A DNA stretch of 45,372 nt, from NCBI GenBank assembly GCA_964473815.1, contig CAYYQK010000003.1, forward strand, positions 108,966 through 154,337. Direction: 5' to 3'. Source of the stretch: an uncultured Candidatus Saccharibacteria bacterium. Its GTDB lineage: Bacteria > Patescibacteriota > Doudnabacteria > UBA920. The notes beneath the pieces are model-generated. The model was given only the letters and a program-made list of their open reading frames with translations. It ran no database searches and was not told the origin of the DNA. Positions 43,686 through 45,372 of this stretch are shown here, piece after piece; within the stretch, counting starts at the first letter, position 1, and every line of letters starts with the position of its first letter. Made by a program: the position numbers and the translations under genes.

Positions 43686-44921
43686 TTAGGTTTCCGGGAA
43701 CGCGTATCCCTTAAGCATATCTACGAAATAGTCTTTTAAGATTTTTTGATACGAGTCTTTAATTTTCCAAGTATCAGCATTACCTGATCCATGTTTAAAG
43801 CGATCTATCACACCCAGGGCATTTAAATCTTCCAATATCCGTCTTGTACTACCTGTGGGAAGATTTAATGCAGTTGCTACTTCTTCTGTTTTCCAGACTT
43901 GATCTACTTGATTGCTATCTATTGAGTCAACTCCTAGTGTCGCCTCAATAGTAGTTAAATCAATTTCTTTTTCTGAGACCAATACAGCGAGAACATTGAT
44001 GCGATTCTTGGGTAATGAGTCTAAAGCTATTTTACGTAGAATTATTTTACCTACCTCAGGAACCCCCATCATGACAAATGCCTTGGCGAGCAACGTAAGT
44101 TGCTTTGAGAAGCGTATGGGCATCTCTGCAGCGAAGACGTGGCTAATTTCTCGGTCTTTTGGATCACGTTTTATACCACTTCGGGCCAGGGTAGCAAAAT
44201 CACTTATCTCAACAATTTCATCGATCCACCCGCCATCAAGCTCTGGATAATCCTCAAGGTACTCGAAACCTTCCAAATATTCGTTAAACATTTCTTCTAG
44301 CTCTTGTCGGATAGAAATTATATTGTCTGAATTAGACATACCCTTCTTAGTAGCTGCGCGACGATCAGGCTGGAGCATTCGATACTGAAGAAAACGTTCA
44401 CCTAAAATACTGTACATTCCTTGATATAAATCTATCGCCTCAGTTACACCAGCAATAAAACCTACCTTCCCAATCCAAGAAACCTCCTCCCCTGTTCCAA
44501 ATGATTTAGCATATTGCCCATCATAAACTTCCCGCAATTGTGAAAGTATCTCCTGCCGCGCTGAATCGTATAGTGACAATACTGTCGTAAAGTCTTTGAA
44601 GGTAAAAATAGTCTGCGGATCTATCCGATGTAACAACGAGCTTTGTTTACCAGAGTTTCGTTGACCAGATATTAATGTTTGTGGAGTTAAAGATGACAAA
44701 GGGAAGATTCGCTTTGTTTTACTCAATGCTCGGATCAATTCGCTTTTAAGACCGCTAGGTGGTGAAACAACAAATAACCAAACTGGATCACCAGGAAACT
44801 TATTAGCAATTACGGTAGCGCATACTAAATAAAGTATTCCCTGGTCCTTAACCAAAAAGTTGTTATTTATTTTTTCTTCTAATGCAGTGAGAAGTTCACG
44901 ATTGATTATTGAGGTGGACAT
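43686..44921 (-). CDS. Putative AAA+/MCM-like replication ATPase with a C-terminal winged-helix
   Basis: Walker A-like SPPSGLKS, F.FKDF, LREVYDG, GERF; start codon uncertain. Confidence 0.55.
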   Translation of the reverse strand: MSTSIINRELLTALEEKINNNFLVKDQGILYLVCATVIANKFPGDPVWLFVVSPPSGLKSELIRALSKTKRIFPLSSLTPQTLISGQRNSGKQSSLLHRIDPQTIFTFKDFTTVLSLYDSARQEILSQLREVYDGQYAKSFGTGEEVSWIGKVGFIAGVTEAIDLYQGMYSILGERFLQYRMLQPDRRAATKKGMSNSDNIISIRQELEEMFNEYLEGFEYLEDYPELDGGWIDEIVEISDFATLARSGIKRDPKDREISHVFAAEMPIRFSKQLTLLAKAFVMMGVPEVGKIILRKIALDSLPKNRINVLAVLVSEKEIDLTTIEATLGVDSIDSNQVDQVWKTEEVATALNLPTGSTRRILEDLNALGVIDRFKHGSGNADTWKIKDSYQKILKDYFVDMLKGYAFPET

Positions 44922-45264
44922 ATTTTTTATTTGTTTTTAGGTGATTAATTATTTTGTCTAATAGGCTTGGCCATGTTGTCGGAAATGACACATATATTCC
45001 TGCATTTTGCAGAGAGAATGCAATTACGTTGCGAACATCATCATCAATATCTTTTAGATACCAATTAGATATCAACAATACTTCTTTACTCATCGTAGAC
45101 ACCACACAGATTGCTCCGATTAGGTCTATACGTTTCCAACATACTTTCTCCTTTGATCCTACAGGCTCAAAAGCGAAGCGCAGCTTTGGATCCTTGGAGT
45201 AATAAGATATGGGCCAATCCAAGCAATTTTGTTTTAATTTATCAATACTTTTATACCCGAACAT
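44896..45264 (-). CDS. Hypothetical protein
   Basis: 122-aa ORF overlapping the ATPase start. Confidence 0.55.
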   Translation of the reverse strand: MFGYKSIDKLKQNCLDWPISYYSKDPKLRFAFEPVGSKEKVCWKRIDLIGAICVVSTMSKEVLLISNWYLKDIDDDVRNVIAFSLQNAGIYVSFPTTWPSLLDKIINHLKTNKKYVHLNNQS

Positions 45265-45372
45265 AAATCTACTTTCTCCTGACCAGTAACCACCTCGTTA
45301 ACCGGCCAGGAGATAATAGGTTTAGAGGTGGTATAAAAAACAAAAAACCAGCTTACGCTGGTTAACAAAATG

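Larger units (their letters stand above)
41290..45372 (-). mobile_element. Element B: second serine-recombinase island, continuing beyond the window
   Basis: Recombinase B pointing into the tRNA 3' end, then a small ORF, a hypothetical and an AAA-like ATPase; far boundary not visible. Confidence 0.65.

Noticed and set aside
29008-45372. Prophage interpretation of the accessory region
   Set aside because: No capsid, portal, terminase, tail or lysis genes are recognisable in the window; element B is incomplete, so it cannot be excluded for that part.

Overview
The window has two parts. Bases 1-29,000 are chromosomal housekeeping DNA from a bacterium with a Patescibacteria/CPR-like gene set (inferred): partial metG, nfo, peptidases, alpha2-type glyQS, tgt, pnp, rpsO, a xer recombinase, dus, two tRNA-Arg genes, a histidine kinase, an ABC exporter, a DEAD-box helicase and an ECF-sigma module. 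From about 29,060 to the end is accessory DNA. The main system is an apparently intact diversity-generating retroelement (DGR): RT 34347-35369, avd 35355-35720 on the opposite strand overlapping the RT start, a 121-nt template repeat (TR) 35764-35884, and two paralogous target genes whose C-terminal variable repeats differ from the TR only at TR adenines (17/17 and 21/21 mismatches, aligned by hand). The DGR lies inside a ~12.2-kb integrative element encoding a large serine recombinase. This element appears to have split a tRNA-His gene in its T-arm: the 5' part is at 29008-29061 and the perfectly complementary 3' part is at 41290-41314. It carries its own complete tRNA-His, and the right junction lies inside the recombinase ORF, so excision would change the recombinase C-terminus. 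A second serine-recombinase element starts at the same tRNA 3' fragment and runs off the window. All calls come from reading the sequence and recognising motifs; no database searches or folding programs were run.
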